Shown here in pieces: positions 22,180 to 34,264 of a stretch of DNA of 64,000 nucleotides. This stretch comes from an uncultured delta proteobacterium (GTDB taxonomy: Bacteria; Desulfobacterota; Binatia; UBA9968). Under the pieces are notes generated by a model. That model had not been told where the DNA came from, did no database searches, and saw only the letters and a list, made by a program, of their open reading frames with translations. The translations under genes and the position numbers were made by a program. The stretch's first letter is position 1. Each line of letters begins with the position of its first letter. Where the stretch lies: NCBI GenBank assembly GCA_963847445.1, contig CAWJZV010000046.1, positions 224,001-288,000 on the forward strand, in the 5' to 3' direction.

Positions 22180-23572
22180 TTAAAATTCCGCGTTGCCCGG
22201 GGTGCGCGGGAAGGGGATGACGTCGCGAATGTTTTTCAGGCCGGTGAGATACATCATCATGCGTTCTAGGCCGAGACCGAAGCCGGCGTGGGGCACCGAG
22301 CCATAACGGCGCAGGTCTAAGTACCACCAGTAGGGTTTGTCGTCCAAGCCGCTGTCGCGCAGACGCTGCAGCAAGATGTCATGACGTTCTTCGCGCTGGC
22401 TGCCGCCAATGATCTCGCCGACCCGCGGCACGAGCACGTCCATGGCGCGGACGGTTTTGTCGTCGTCGTTGACGCGCATGTAAAAGGCTTTGATGGCTTT
22501 CGGATAGTCGGTGACGATCAGCGGTTTCTTGAAAATCTCTTCTGAGAGGAATCTTTCATGCTCGGTTTGCAAGTCGCAGCCCCACTCGACGGGAAACTCC
22601 CAAGTCTTGCCGGACTTTTGCAATTCTGTGACGGCGTCGGTGTAAGTTATGTGACCGAAATCCGATTCCGCGACATGCTCGAGCGTCGCCAGGACCGATT
22701 TCTCGATGAACTGGTTGAAGAATTCCAGATCCTCGCGGCAATGCTCCAGCACATAGCGAATCGTGTATTTCAAGAACTCCTCGGCCAGCCGCATGTTGTC
22801 GTTCGAGCTCGTAAAAGGCCATCTCCGGCTCGACCATCCAGAACTCGGCCAGGTGGCGCGGCGTGTTGCTGTTCTCGGCGCGGAAGGTTGGGCCGAAGGT
22901 GTAGACCTTGGAAAATGCCGCAGCGAAAATTTCCCCTTCGAGCTGGCCGCTGACCGTGAGGAACGCCGGCTTGCCAAAGAAGTCCTTCTGCCAATCTATT
23001 TTGCCGTCTTCGGTGCGCGGCGGCTGTTGCATGTTCAACGTCGACACGCCAAACATCTGGCCGGCGCCTTCGCAATCCGAAGTCGTGACGATCGGCGTGT
23101 GCACGTAGATAAACTCGCGCTCCTGGAAGAACAGATGGATCGCGTGGGTTAAAGCGTTGCGCAGCCGAAATGCCGCTCCGAAGGTATTGCTGCGAACTCT
23201 AAGGTGGGAAATCTCGCGGAGAAACTCGAGGGTGTGGCCCTTTTTCTGCAGCGGATAAGTTTGCGGATCGGCGCCGCCGTAGAGATGAATCGATGCAACT
23301 TTCAACTCCACCGCCTGTCCCTTGGCCGGCGACTCGACCAGTGTTCCCGTCGCCGCCAAACTGCTGCCAGTGGTGATCTGTTTCAACGTATCTTCGGGAA
23401 TCGTTCCAGCGTCGACGACCAGCTGCATGCTTTTGAAGCGCGAGCCGTCGTTGAGTTCGATAAAAGTGACGCCTTTGGAGTCGCGCCGCGAGCGCGCCCA
23501 ACCACGCAGGGTTAACTCCGTGCCGACGGATAACTTGTATGCTTGTTTGACCGAAAAGAATTGTGTTGCCAT
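22180..23572 (-). CDS. asnS: Asparagine--tRNA ligase (frameshift near 22805)
   Basis: [79 protein letters not shown]. Confidence 0.95.
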
Positions 23573-23651
23573 AGGGTCGAAGTATCGGATAACCGCTCGA
23601 GTTGTCAACCATGGAGTCGGCAATGATGGTGGTTCAGTTTCGCAAAAATTT

Positions 23652-23710
23652 GTCGGGGCGGACCTATGTGTCCGCCCGTTCGGAGGACCGACACGCAGGT
23701 CGGCCCCTAC
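23652..23710. repeat. GTAG-type REP doublet
   Basis: GTCGGGGCGGACCTATGTGTCCGCCC ... GACCGACACGCAGGTCGGCCCCTAC. Confidence 0.7.
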
Positions 23711-23917
23711 ATTGAGATGCGACGTTGAAATCAGACTGAATCACAACCGTCGGCACTGATGGCATGGAACGGGGTGCTGAAAAAGCGAATTCCTGCATCG
23801 ACCCTTCGACTTCGCTAAGGCGGGTTAAACGCCGCATGACTGGAACCTTTGTAATCATTGTAAGACTCTAATCGCTACTGGTTTATTCGCCACAGCCAGC
23901 TGCGCCGTGCTTCCGAC

Positions 23918-24055
23918 GTAGGATGGGTGGAGCGTTAGCGATACCCATGATTGCGAACGGTGGGTATCTACGCATTGCGCCTCCGCCCACCCGACAGCTT
24001 CGTTCGAAGTGCATGTTTTTCGATATCCCGCTGCTTGCGGCGGGGTGCTTCATTC
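23918..24055. repeat. Second GTAG-type REP plus IS200/IS605-end-like hairpin
   Basis: GTAGGATGGGTGGAGCGTTAGCGATACCCAT...; ATCCCGCTGCTTGCGGCGGGGTGCTTCATTC at about 24025. Confidence 0.5.
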
Positions 24056-24339
24056 GTTCGTCTTGGGTGCGACTGAGGACGATCGGAAACGAGCCAGTTT
24101 AACCACTGGACAAGAGCGTCAGTTCAAGAACTCGTATGCCTCAAACTTTATCCTTTTGGCTTATCCGTTATCCTTTGTTATTGTCCAAACGCTCCGAGCC
24201 GGGATGTGACAACTTTGGCTCTGCTGGTTTTACCAGCGTAGGTGCGACAAAGACCGGACGGGTTTTGAGCAGTTTCATTTCAGGTGGGCTACGCAAAATT
24301 GGCGTGCGTCTGAAACAACGGCATTGAAACGAAGTTAAG

Positions 24340-27300
24340 ATGGATATTCCATTTTTCGACCATCCGATCTTAAACTCACCCTACGAGTCTCCGCGGCGTC
24401 ATTGGGAACTCGACGATCAAGGTCAGCCGACGCAACAAATCATCGAACATCGCCGCCGCGCACAGTTCATCACCCCGATTCCTAAACCGAAAAAGCGCAA
24501 AGGTTTGGCGAGTCAGCAACAGATTATCTTCGATGAAGGCAAAGGACTCTCTACTCAGAAACAGCAATACGATATCAACGCGATCATTAATCGTGTCCGC
24601 CAAGAGGTTGGCCAATGGAGAAGCTTACCGACGCCGGCGCAGGTCACTCCAGAAACCGCGCGACTATTGGAGCATTGGCGCCATCACAAGTTTAACGATA
24701 TTCGCCCGTTTTTTTGTCAGGTCGAGGCGGTTGAGACAGTTATCTGGCTAACGGAGGTTGCAGCGCATTTTGCCGCAGGCAAAAACATACTGGAGAACCT
24801 TGCTTCAGTGAACCGCGACGCCAACCCCGAACTCCAGCGGCTCGCGCTGAAGCTCGCCACTGGCGCGGGCAAGACTACGGTCATGGCCATGCTCATTGCA
24901 TGGCAGACCATTAACGCGGTTCGCCGGGCTGGCAGTAAAAACTTCACGCGCGGATTTCTCGTGGTCGCGCCCGGTCTTACGATCAAGGATCGCCTGCGGG
25001 TTTTGCAGCCAAACGACCCGGACAGTTACTACAAGGATCGCGAAATAGTTCCCCAAGATCTGCTTGAGGATGTCAGCCGAGCCAAGATCGTCATTACCAA
25101 CTACCATGCGTTCATGCTCCGCGAGCGGGTGGAAATCTCCAAAGGCGGCCGCGCGCTGCTGCAGGGCCGCACGGGTACAGAGATCGAGACCACCGAGACC
25201 GAAGGTCAGATGATCCAACGCGTGATGCCCGAACTTATGGGGATGAAAAATATCCTCATTCTCAACGACGAGGCGCACCACTGCTATCGCGAAAAGCCCG
25301 ACGATAAAGAAGACGAAGATCTGAAAGGCGAGGATCGGAAAGAAGCGGAGAAAAACAACGAGGCCGCGCGCGTCTGGATATCTGGCCTTGAAGCCGTGAA
25401 CCGCAAGCTCGGCATTGCCCGCGTCGTCGATCTGTCCGCCACGCCGTTTTTTCTGAGCGGTTCGGGCTACGCCGAAGGCACTCTGTTCCCGTGGACGATG
25501 AGCGACTTCTCGCTGATGGACGCCATTGAGTGCGGTATCGTCAAACTGCCGCGGGTGCCGGTTGCCGACAATATCCCCGGCAACGAGATGCCGATGTTTC
25601 GCAATCTCTGGGAGCATATTCGCGCCAAGATGCCCAAGAAGGGCCGCGGCAAGGCCGGTGCTCTCGATCCGCGCGATCTGCCGCCGCAACTGCAAACGGC
25701 GCTCGACGCCCTGTACGGCCACTACAAGCAGACCTTTGAGCTGTGGGCCAAGAACAAGATATCCGTTCCGCCCTGCTTCATCGTCGTCTGTAACAACACC
25801 TCGACGTCCAAGCTGGTTTACGACTACATCTCCGGCTTCCAGCGCCAGAACGACGACGGCACCAGCCAATTGGAGATCGGTAAATTCCCACTATTTCAGA
25901 ACCACGACGAGCACGGCAATCCGCTGCCGCGTCCTCGAACGCTGCTGATCGACAGCGAGCAGCTGGAATCCGGCGAATGCGCTGGATGACAACTTTCGCG
26001 CCATGGCCGCCGACGAGATCGAGCGTTTCCGCCGTGAGATTGTCGAACGTACCGGCGACGCCCGCCAGGCCGAAGATCTCACTGACCAGGAACTGTTGCG
26101 CGAGGTGATGAACACCGTCGGCAAAGCCCGGTCAGCTCGGCGGCCGACATTCGCTGTGTGGTCTCCGTCTCGATGCTCACCGAGGGTTGGGATGCCAACA
26201 CCGTGACGCACGTGCTCGGCGTGCGCGCCTTCGGCACTCAGCTTTTGTGCGAGCAGGTGATTGGTCGCGCCTTGCGCCGCCAGTCGTACGACCTCAACGA
26301 GGACAATCTTTTCAATGTGGAATACGCCGACGTGCTCGGCATTCCCTTCGACTTCACCGCCAAGCCGGTGATTGCGCCGCCGCAGCCGCCGCGTGAGACC
26401 ATCCAGGTCAAGGCCGTCCGGCCCGAGCGTGACGCGCTCGAAATCCGTTTCCCTCGCGTAGAAGGCTATCGCGTCGAATTGCCGGAGGAGCGGTTGACGG
26501 CCGAGTTCAACGATGACTCCATGCTGGAGCTGACGCCCGACCTGGTCGGCGCCACCGAGACCCGCAACTCGGGCATCATCGGCGAAGCGCGTGGATCTGA
26601 ATCTTGATCCACACTGGCGACGTGCGGCCCTCGCAGGTGGTTTACGAACTGACCTCGCACTTGGTTCTGCACCAAATGGCGCGACGCCGGCGAAGAACCC
26701 AAACTTCACCTGTTTGGGCAGCTCAAGCGCATCGCGCAAGCAGTGGCTTGATGACTATCTCGTCTGCAAGGGCGGCACCTATCCGGCGCAGCTCAAGTAC
26801 AAGATGCTGGCCGATATGGCCTGCGAACGCATCACCGCCGGCATCACCCGCGCATTCATCGGCCAGCGGCCCATCAAGGCCGTGCTCGATCCCTACAACC
26901 CGACCGGCTCCACCGCGCACGTCCGCTTCAACACCTCGAGAACCGACCGCTGGGAAGACCGACTCACGGCGCTGCCACATCAACTGGGTCATCCTCGACA
27001 GCGATTGGGAAGCCGAGTTCTGCCGCGTGGCCGAATCGCATCCGCGCGTCAGCGCCTACGTCAAGAACCACAACCTCGGCCTCGAAGTGCCGTACCGCTA
27101 TGGCTCGGAGATGCGCAAGTATCTGCCCGACTTCATCGTGCTGGTGGATGACGGCCACGGCGACGATGATCTCTTGCACCTGATCGTCGAGATCAAAGGC
27201 TACCGGCGCGAGGACGCCAAGGAAAAGAAGTCCACCATGGACACCTACTGGGTGCCCGGCGTGAACAATCTGAAGACTTATGGCCGCTGGGCCTTCGCCG

Positions 27301-27393
27301 AGTTCACCGAGGTTTATCAGATCGAGGCCGACTTCAAGGCCAAGGTCGAAAGCGAGTTCAACAAGATGATTGCGAAAGCCGCGCCAGCCATGA
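24340..27393 (+). CDS. Type III-like restriction endonuclease/helicase subunit (BPTD_3080-like); multiple frameshifts
   Basis: PILNSPY..P.RHW, KLATGAGKT (Walker A), NDEAHHCY, DLSATP, SVSMLTEGWD, EQVIGRALRR, C-terminal YLPDFIV...VEIKG PD-(D/E)xK. Confidence 0.92.
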
Positions 27394-28544
27394 CGAAGGC
27401 AGTTTCCCACCCGGATTATCCTGCCTTTCTCGCCGCGCTGAAAGAACGCATCCTTCATGCCCGCACCACCGCCGCCCGCGCGGTCAATCGCGAATTGGTT
27501 TTGTTCTATTGGGACATTGGGCAGGCCATCGTGGAAAAGCAGCAGACTGCTCGGATGGGGCGACTCGGTGATCGAGCGTCTTGCCGCCGATCTTGCGGAC
27601 GCGTTTCCCGACATGCGTGGGTTTTCCGCCGCGCAACATGCGGGACATGAAGCAGTTCTATCTCGCCTACTCCGCCGAATCAATTTGGCGACAGCCTGTT
27701 GCCAAATCTGGTCAAGAGCCGCTCAGCGGAAAGCCCAATTTGGCCACAAGCTGTGGCCAAATTAGACGAGAGATCACACGACCGACTTTCTGCGACAACT
27801 TGTCGCACAAGTTCCGTGGGGCCATCACTGCTCGATATGTTGAACAAGCTCACCGACCCCGCCGCCCGTCTCTATTACCTCCGTGCCACCGCCCAGCTTC
27901 GGCTGGCGCCGCAACGTCCTGCTCAACCAGATCAAGGCCGGCGCCTACGAGCGCGCGGTCAAGGAGAAGAAGACGCACAACTTCGCCACTCGCCCTGCCG
28001 GAGCATTTCGCCGAGCAGGCGGACGAGATGCTGAAGAGCCGCTACAACCTGGAGTTCCTCGGCATCGGCCGCGCCGATCAAGGAGCGCGAACTGGAAGAC
28101 CGGCTGATCGACGCGCCTGCAGCAGTTCATCCTCGAACTCGGCTACGGCTTCTGCTTCGTCGGCCGGCAATACCGGCTCGCCCTCGGGCAGCAAGGAATA
28201 CTTCGTGGACCTGCTGTTCTACCACCGCTTCCTCAAGGCGCTGGTGGCCTTCGATCTCAAGATCGGCTCCTTCGAGCCGGAGCACGCGGGCAAGATGGAT
28301 TTCTACCTGAATCTGCTGAACGAAAAGGAACGCGCCCCGGACGACCAGCCCGTCCATCGGCATCATCCTCTGCGCGGAGAAGGACGACATCGAGGTCGAG
28401 TTCGCCCTCAAGACCAAGACCAATCCCATCGGCGTCGCCGAATACCAGCTCCAGGCCAAGCTGCCCGCCGAGTTCAAGGGCCGCCTGCCCACGGCCAAGC
28501 AGCTTGCCGACGCGGTGCGCGAAGTCCTTCCGCCCGAGAAATAA
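27390..28544 (+). CDS. DUF1016/YhcG PD-(D/E)xK nuclease family protein (frameshifted)
   Basis: AARAVNRELVLFYWDIG, GFS..N...MKQFY, LEFLG, LELGYGFCFVGRQ, VDLLFYHRFLK..VAFDLK.G.FEPEHAGKMDFYL. Confidence 0.88.
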
Positions 28545-28546
28545 TC

Positions 28547-31378
28547 ATGGCCAAGAAATCCATCAGCAAGCACCGCCAAGACCGTCGAGACCCTCACGCA
28601 CGACGAGGCCAAGCGCAAGAACATCCCCACCGCCGAATACCAGTCGGTGATGCAGAAGGAGGAAGCAGAGCCCGATGCACGATGGCCTATGACCGCCGCA
28701 ACCGCGACCTCGATCCCGCAGCTCGTCTGGCGCGGCAAGGATGAGCAGGACTGGAGCGACCTGGTCGTCCACGCGCCGCCGCTCTACATCCAGGAGAAGG
28801 TCCATCCCAAGGTGCTGATCGACGATCTGCTGCGCCAGACCCAGCGAGCAGCGAGGCACGAGGCCGGCGCTGCCAGCCCGATCTCTTCGCCGACTTCAAC
28901 GGCATCCCCAAGGGCGCGGACAAGACCGAGTTCTACCAGCACGACCAGAACTGGTCGAACCGCATGATCCTCGGCGACTCGCTTGCAGGTGATGGCCAGC
29001 CTGGCCGAGCGCGAGGGCCTGCGCGGCAAGGTGCAGTGCATCTACCTCGACCCGCCCTACGGCATCAAGTTCAACAGCAACTTCCAGTGGACCACCACCA
29101 GCCGCGACGTGAAGGACGGCAACGCCGACCACATCACCCGCGAGCCGGAGCAGGTCAAAGCCTTCCGCGACACCTGGCGCGACGGCATCCACAGCTACCT
29201 CACCTACCTGCGCGACCGCCTCACCGTCGCCCGCGATCTGCTCACCGATTCCGGCTCCATCTTCGTGCAGATCGGCGATGAAAATGTCCATCGCGTCCGG
29301 GCGGTGATGGATGAGGTGTTTGGGGACGACAACTTCGTCAGCGCAGATCGCTGTTCGCAAAGACGACAGGGCTCAGACGGCGACTATCTTGCCGTCAGTA
29401 TACTGACTACATTACTCTGGTATGCCAAAGATCGAGCAGAGCCGTAAAGTATCGTCCGCTCTTTCACGAAAGAGCTCTGGCGGCGAAGGTGACGACGCGA
29501 TACCAATGCGCTGTCGAGCTGCCGACGGCGACTCGCGCGACTGACGTCGAAGGATGAGCTGGACGATCCAGCATACTCCCAGACGGAGCAAGCATTTTCG
29601 TTCAGCAATCTGACGTCAGCGTCAGCAGGTATCGACAGACGCACGTCGCGATTCAGTTTCAATGGAAGGCAGATCTTACGTCCCGGCAAGTGCGCATTGG
29701 ACAGACTGACGCGACAGGGATTGGACCGACTTGCGCAAGGCCGATCGCATTCAGTTCCGAGCAGACACGCTTCGATATCGTCGATATCTTGATGACTTTC
29801 CAGTCGACCCATTGACAACATCTGGGCTGACACCGATCGCTGGCAGCTTCGACGGCGACCGAAGATTTACGTTGTTCAGACAGCACCGAAGGTGATTCGA
29901 ACGCTGCATTCTCATGACCACCGACCCCGGCGACCTCGTGCTCGACCCAACCTGCGGTTCCGGCACCACCGCCTACTGTCGCCGAGCAATGGGGCCGCCG
30001 CTGGATCACCATTGACACCTCGCGCGTGGCGCTGGCGCTGGCCCGTGCCCGCATCATGGGCGCGCGATATCCGTATTACCTGCTGGCCGATTCCCGCGAG
30101 GGCCAGATCAAGGAAGCCGAAGTCACCCGCACCGCGCCGAGTTCCCAGCCCGTGCACGGCAACATCCGCCACGGCTTCGTCTACGAGCGCGTGCCGCACA
30201 TCACGCTCAAGTCCATCGCCAACAACGCCGAGATCGATGTCATCTGGGACAAGTGGCAGGCGAAGCTGGAGCCGCTGCGCGAGAAGCTGAACGCCGCGCT
30301 CAAGAAGAGCTGGCAGGAGTGGGAGATTCCGCGCGAGGCCGATGCCAAGTGGCCGGACGCGGCGACAGAAGCTGCACGCCGACTGGTGGCAGGCCCGCAT
30401 CGCCCGCCAGAAGGAGATCGACACCTCCATCGCCGCCAAGGCCGAGTTCGAATACCTCTACGACAAGCCCTACGACGGACAAGAAGAAGGTCCGCGTGGC
30501 CGGCCCCTTCACCGTCGAGAGCCTCAGCCCGCACCGCGTGCTGGGCGTGGATGAGAACGACGAGTTGATCGACCCGCTGAAGGAAGCCGAGCGCCGAGTA
30601 CGGCGCCAAGCAGTCCTTCCCGCAGATGATCCTGGAGAACCTCAAGACCGCCGGCGTGCAGCAGGCGCACAAGGAGGACCGGATCACCTTCACCGCGCTC
30701 ACGCCCTGGCCCGGCGATCTGGTCTGCGCCGAGGGCCGCTACCTGGAAGGGCGAGACGTCGAGAAGCGCGCCGCCATCTTCATCGGCCCCGAGTTCGGCA
30801 CCGTCCAGCGCGCCGACCTGGTGGCCGCCGCCCGCGAGGCGGGCGATGCCGGCTTCGACGTGCTGATCGCCTGCGCCTTCAACTACGAGGCGCACACCAC
30901 CGAGTTCAGCAAGCTCGGCCGCATCCCCGTGCTCAAGGCCCGCATGAACGCCGACCTGCACATGGCCGAGGACCTCAAGAACACCGGCAAGGGCAACCTC
31001 TTCGTCATCTTCGGCGAGCCGGACATCACACTCCTCACCGAGAAGGACGGCAAGCTCCGCGTGAAGGTCAACGGCGTGGACGTGTTCAAGCCGCAGACCG
31101 GCGAAGTCGTCAGCGACGGCGCCGACGGCATCGCCTGCTGGTTCATCGACACCGACTACAACGAAGAGAGCTTCTTCGTCCGCCACGCCTACTTCCTCGG
31201 CGCCAACGACCCCTACAGCGCGCTCAAGACCACGCTCAAAGCCGAGATCGACGCGGAAGCCTGGGCGACGCTCAACAGCGACACCTCGCGGCCGTTCGAC
31301 AAACCGAAGAGCGGCCGCATCGCCGTGAAGGTGATCAACCACCTCGGCGACGAGGTGATGAAGGTGTTCAGGGTATGA
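28547..31378 (+). CDS. Type III-like adenine DNA methyltransferase (Mod); many frameshifts
   Basis: [29 protein letters not shown] (motif IV), DPTCGSGTT (motif I), C-terminal WFIDTDYN...[16 protein letters not shown]. Confidence 0.92.
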
Positions 31379-31700
31379 CCGGAGGCGCGGCAAACTGGGT
31401 GGGGGCTGATCCTGGCGGCAAAGGCAACTCGGCATGCCGTGCTGATAGGCACGAACAACTCGAGACATCGTGTGTGGAATGTACTGACGAGGCGATCGCA
31501 TTTGTCCGCCAAACCCGCGATCGGACGTGGCAGGTGTCGGTGTAGATGCGCCCCTGTGGTATTCATCCGGGCGATCGGGTGACCGGCACAAGACCAATGG
31601 TTAGGAAAGCGTTTCGGCTGTCCGGCGGCGAATGCGGCTGCGCACTCGCTCCGCGGTGCGCACAGTACGGTTATAGGGCGCGGGGGATATGAAGTTAGCG
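31375..31700 (+). pseudogene. DUF429 (RNase H-like nuclease) remnant
   Basis: WVGADPGGKG...GVGVDAPLWYSSGRSGDR motifs across shifted frames; appears truncated by the convergent ORF. Confidence 0.55.
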
Positions 31701-32081
31701 CTTCTTCGGTTTCTTCGAATTCTTCGGCTTCTTGTTCTTGGATTTAGATATCGGCTGCCATTGTTGCTGGAGCAAACTTGCCAGGACCTTAGCGAGGGGA
31801 AACTTTTGTGTGACGGATTGGATAACGTCTTGCAACTGCTTTTCGCTACAAGTAAAGGCACGTTTGCCGTCGGCCACCGGTAGCGCGAGGTCGAGGGCGT
31901 CATAGCCGATCGAGTGCCTGGGAAGGCACTCCTTCAAAAGCCTGAATTCGTCAGTCGGCAAAATGAAAAAGAAGTCGCGCACGCGTTGAGTCATTACAGC
32001 GGCGAGTAGATACCAATTCAGGAGAATAGCAAGTCCCCGCGCTGGGTCTCGCGGCCGAGACGCGGCGACGCTATCCGCCAA
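31695..32081 (-). CDS. Hypothetical protein with Lys-rich tail
   Basis: Open 128-codon frame, lower GC; no recognisable motif. Confidence 0.4.
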   Translation of the reverse strand: MADSVAASRPRDPARGLAILLNWYLLAAVMTQRVRDFFFILPTDEFRLLKECLPRHSIGYDALDLALPVADGKRAFTCSEKQLQDVIQSVTQKFPLAKVLASLLQQQWQPISKSKNKKPKNSKKPKKR

Positions 32082-32118
32082 GCCGTTACCGGAGTGGTGG
32101 GCGCGTGGATGTTTTTCT

Positions 32119-33153
32119 TTAGAATCCGGCGCCTTTGGTGGTCAGTTTCATGCGATAGATATTGGTGTTCGAGGTGATGAACAGCGACGAGCCATCTTCG
32201 CCCCAGGCGAGGTTGCCAGTGGGGACGCCGGTTTCAATGCTGCCGAGATGTTTGCCGTCGGCGGAGATGAGGTGGATGCCGCCGGGGCCGGCGCCGAAGA
32301 TGTTGCCTTCGCGGTCGACTTTCATGCCGTCGGGTACGCCAGATTTGTTCTTTGCCCATGCCGTGCCGTTGAACAGCACTTTGCCGTTCTCAATGTTTCC
32401 GTCCGCTTTAACATCGAAAACCATCCAGACCGCGTTGGCCGGGATCGGCGTTGCTGATGTAGAGCGTCTTTTCATCCGGCGAGAAGGCGATGCCGTTGGG
32501 CGCTTTGAGGTCCTTGGTCGAGCAGCGTGAGCTTGCCGTCTTTGGAAGAGTTGTAGACGCCTTGGAACGGAGTCTCTTTGCGCGGGTCGTCGTAGGATTT
32601 GCGGCAGACCGAAGGGCGGATCGGTGAAGTACAGATCGCCGTTGGATTTGAACACGACATCGTTGGGGCTGTTGATCCGTTTGCCTTCGTAGCGGTCGAC
32701 CAGCGTGGTTTTCTTGCCGGTCTTTTCCAAGCGGCCGATGCGCCGGTCGCCATGTTCCGCCGACACCAGGCGGCCTTCGGGATCGAAGGCGAGGCCGTTG
32801 GATCCCGGCTCCGGCCCGTCGAATGGTCGCGGTGCCGGTGTAGCCGCTCGGCTTGAGAAATACGCTGGTGCCTTTGCCCTCCTGCCATTTGATTATCGAG
32901 TTGGTCGGGATGTCGGAGAAGAGCAGATAGCCTTCCTTGCGGTTCCACACCGGACCTTCGACCCAGTGGCGACCGCTGACGATGCGTTTCAATCGACGTT
33001 GAGCGGCACGAGCTTGTCGAACCTTGGGTCGATACGAATGATGTCGATTTGCTGGATCGGTTTGGCCGGCTGCGGTTGCGCGAGGGCGCTCGATGCGATC
33101 GTTATGGCGGCGGTGGCCAGGGTCCAATGTAATTAATCGTGAATGAGCTTCAT
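32119..33153 (-). CDS. Exported SMP-30/gluconolactonase/LRE family protein (frameshifted)
   Basis: WVEGPVW, LLFSDIP, GSNGL, GKRINSPND, YFTDPPFG, PNGIAFSPDEKTLY, PDGMKVDREGN. Confidence 0.9.
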
Positions 33154-33456
33154 GGCTGCTGTCGCGTAGTGTGATCATCGTGATCTCAGTCGTTAAAGAT
33201 TGTTCGGAGATACTCGCCGCAGGCGCCGCATACGAGCTCGACATTACTCGGGCCGGAGATTTTCCAAGAAGCGCGGCAGGCTTGCCACGAAGTTCGCAGG
33301 TTTCGTGGCCGAAAAGCGGCAGTCATCGGTCGGACCGTCGGTGTTCGCGGTTGTCGCAGTGGGCGTTAGTTAGATCGTCGATCGGGATCTCGCGTTTGTC
33401 GGCGAAGTTTTGCATCGGAGTTCTCTTTTTCGGTTCCATGGTGTTGGGTTTAGGAG

Positions 33457-33485
33457 TTAGATGCACCGGTGTGAGCATAGGTTGC
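33457..33485 (-). promoter_or_regulatory. ECF-type promoter copy 1
   Basis: Minus strand GCAAC-N17-CATCTAA. Confidence 0.75.
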
Positions 33486-33499
33486 GGGCGGTAGTTTAG

Positions 33500-33682
33500 C
33501 TAATCGGCGATTCGCGAGACCATGGCGCCGCAACCAGGGCAGTTGTGATGTTCTTCAATCAAACCGCCGAGCGAGATGTCGACCTTCGCGGCCTCGGGCA
33601 GTTCGGCAGCGTAGATCAGTTTATCGGCGTGGTGATTTATTTCATCGCCGCACTTAGGGCAGACCATCTTATTCTTTGCCAT
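33500..33682 (-). CDS. Small Cys/His zinc-ribbon-like protein
   Basis: CPKC..EINHHA...HHNCPGC; SD GGGAG. Confidence 0.7.
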   Translation of the reverse strand: MAKNKMVCPKCGDEINHHADKLIYAAELPEAAKVDISLGGLIEEHHNCPGCGAMVSRIAD

Positions 33683-33691
33683 TTCTCCCGG

Positions 33692-34264
33692 TTAGCTTTC
33701 CAGGGCGATGTGGTCGCGGCCGTAGCGTAGAGCCTTGGCCATCCAGACGAGTTCGTCTAAAAATTTGTCGGCGCGCTTGATAAACGCCTGATCGAGGAGC
33801 TTGCCCGATTCGTCGAATACGTTGGCGACGTTGCCGAAGTTGACATCCCAAAAAATATTGACCAGGCCGAGCTCGCGAATCACCGGCAGCAGATTCTGAA
33901 TCGCGCGCACGCCGCCGAAAGGCCCCGCGGATACCCCGACGATTCCGGCCGCTTTGTGGATATACTCCTTCAGGCAGCTGTCGAGCACATGTTTGAGCAG
34001 GCCGGGAAAGCTATGATTGTATTCCGGTGTGACGATCACCAGAGCGTCGGCCATGGCCATTTTTTCCGCGAAGACCGGGTCCTTGATACCATCTCCGGCA
34101 TCATCCATCGGCAATGGTATCTGCGAAATATCGATCAACTCCGTGGTAACTCCCTGCCGATTTGCGATCTGCTCCGTCATGAAGCGCGCCGCGTGGGCGC
34201 TTATGCGTCCTTTGCGGGTTGTTCCGAGAATTACCGGTATGCTCAACGGCCGGGTGTTGATCAT
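33692..34264 (-). CDS. NADPH-dependent FMN reductase
   Basis: ILGTTRKGR, IVTPEYNHSFPGLLK, SAGPFGGVRA. Confidence 0.92.
   Translation of the reverse strand: MINTRPLSIPVILGTTRKGRISAHAARFMTEQIANRQGVTTELIDISQIPLPMDDAGDGIKDPVFAEKMAMADALVIVTPEYNHSFPGLLKHVLDSCLKEYIHKAAGIVGVSAGPFGGVRAIQNLLPVIRELGLVNIFWDVNFGNVANVFDESGKLLDQAFIKRADKFLDELVWMAKALRYGRDHIALES

Noticed and set aside
23664-24327. Small ORFs, a tRNA or an att site at the left edge of the R-M island
   Set aside because: The ORFs are translations of repeat elements; no tRNA cloverleaf, integrase or direct repeat matching the right border was seen.
27361-27420. Apparent in-frame Res-DUF1016 fusion (ORF 26604-27650)
   Set aside because: An ATGA stop/start overlap sits exactly at the junction, so one indel in this error-rich region explains it; read checking is needed before calling a fusion.
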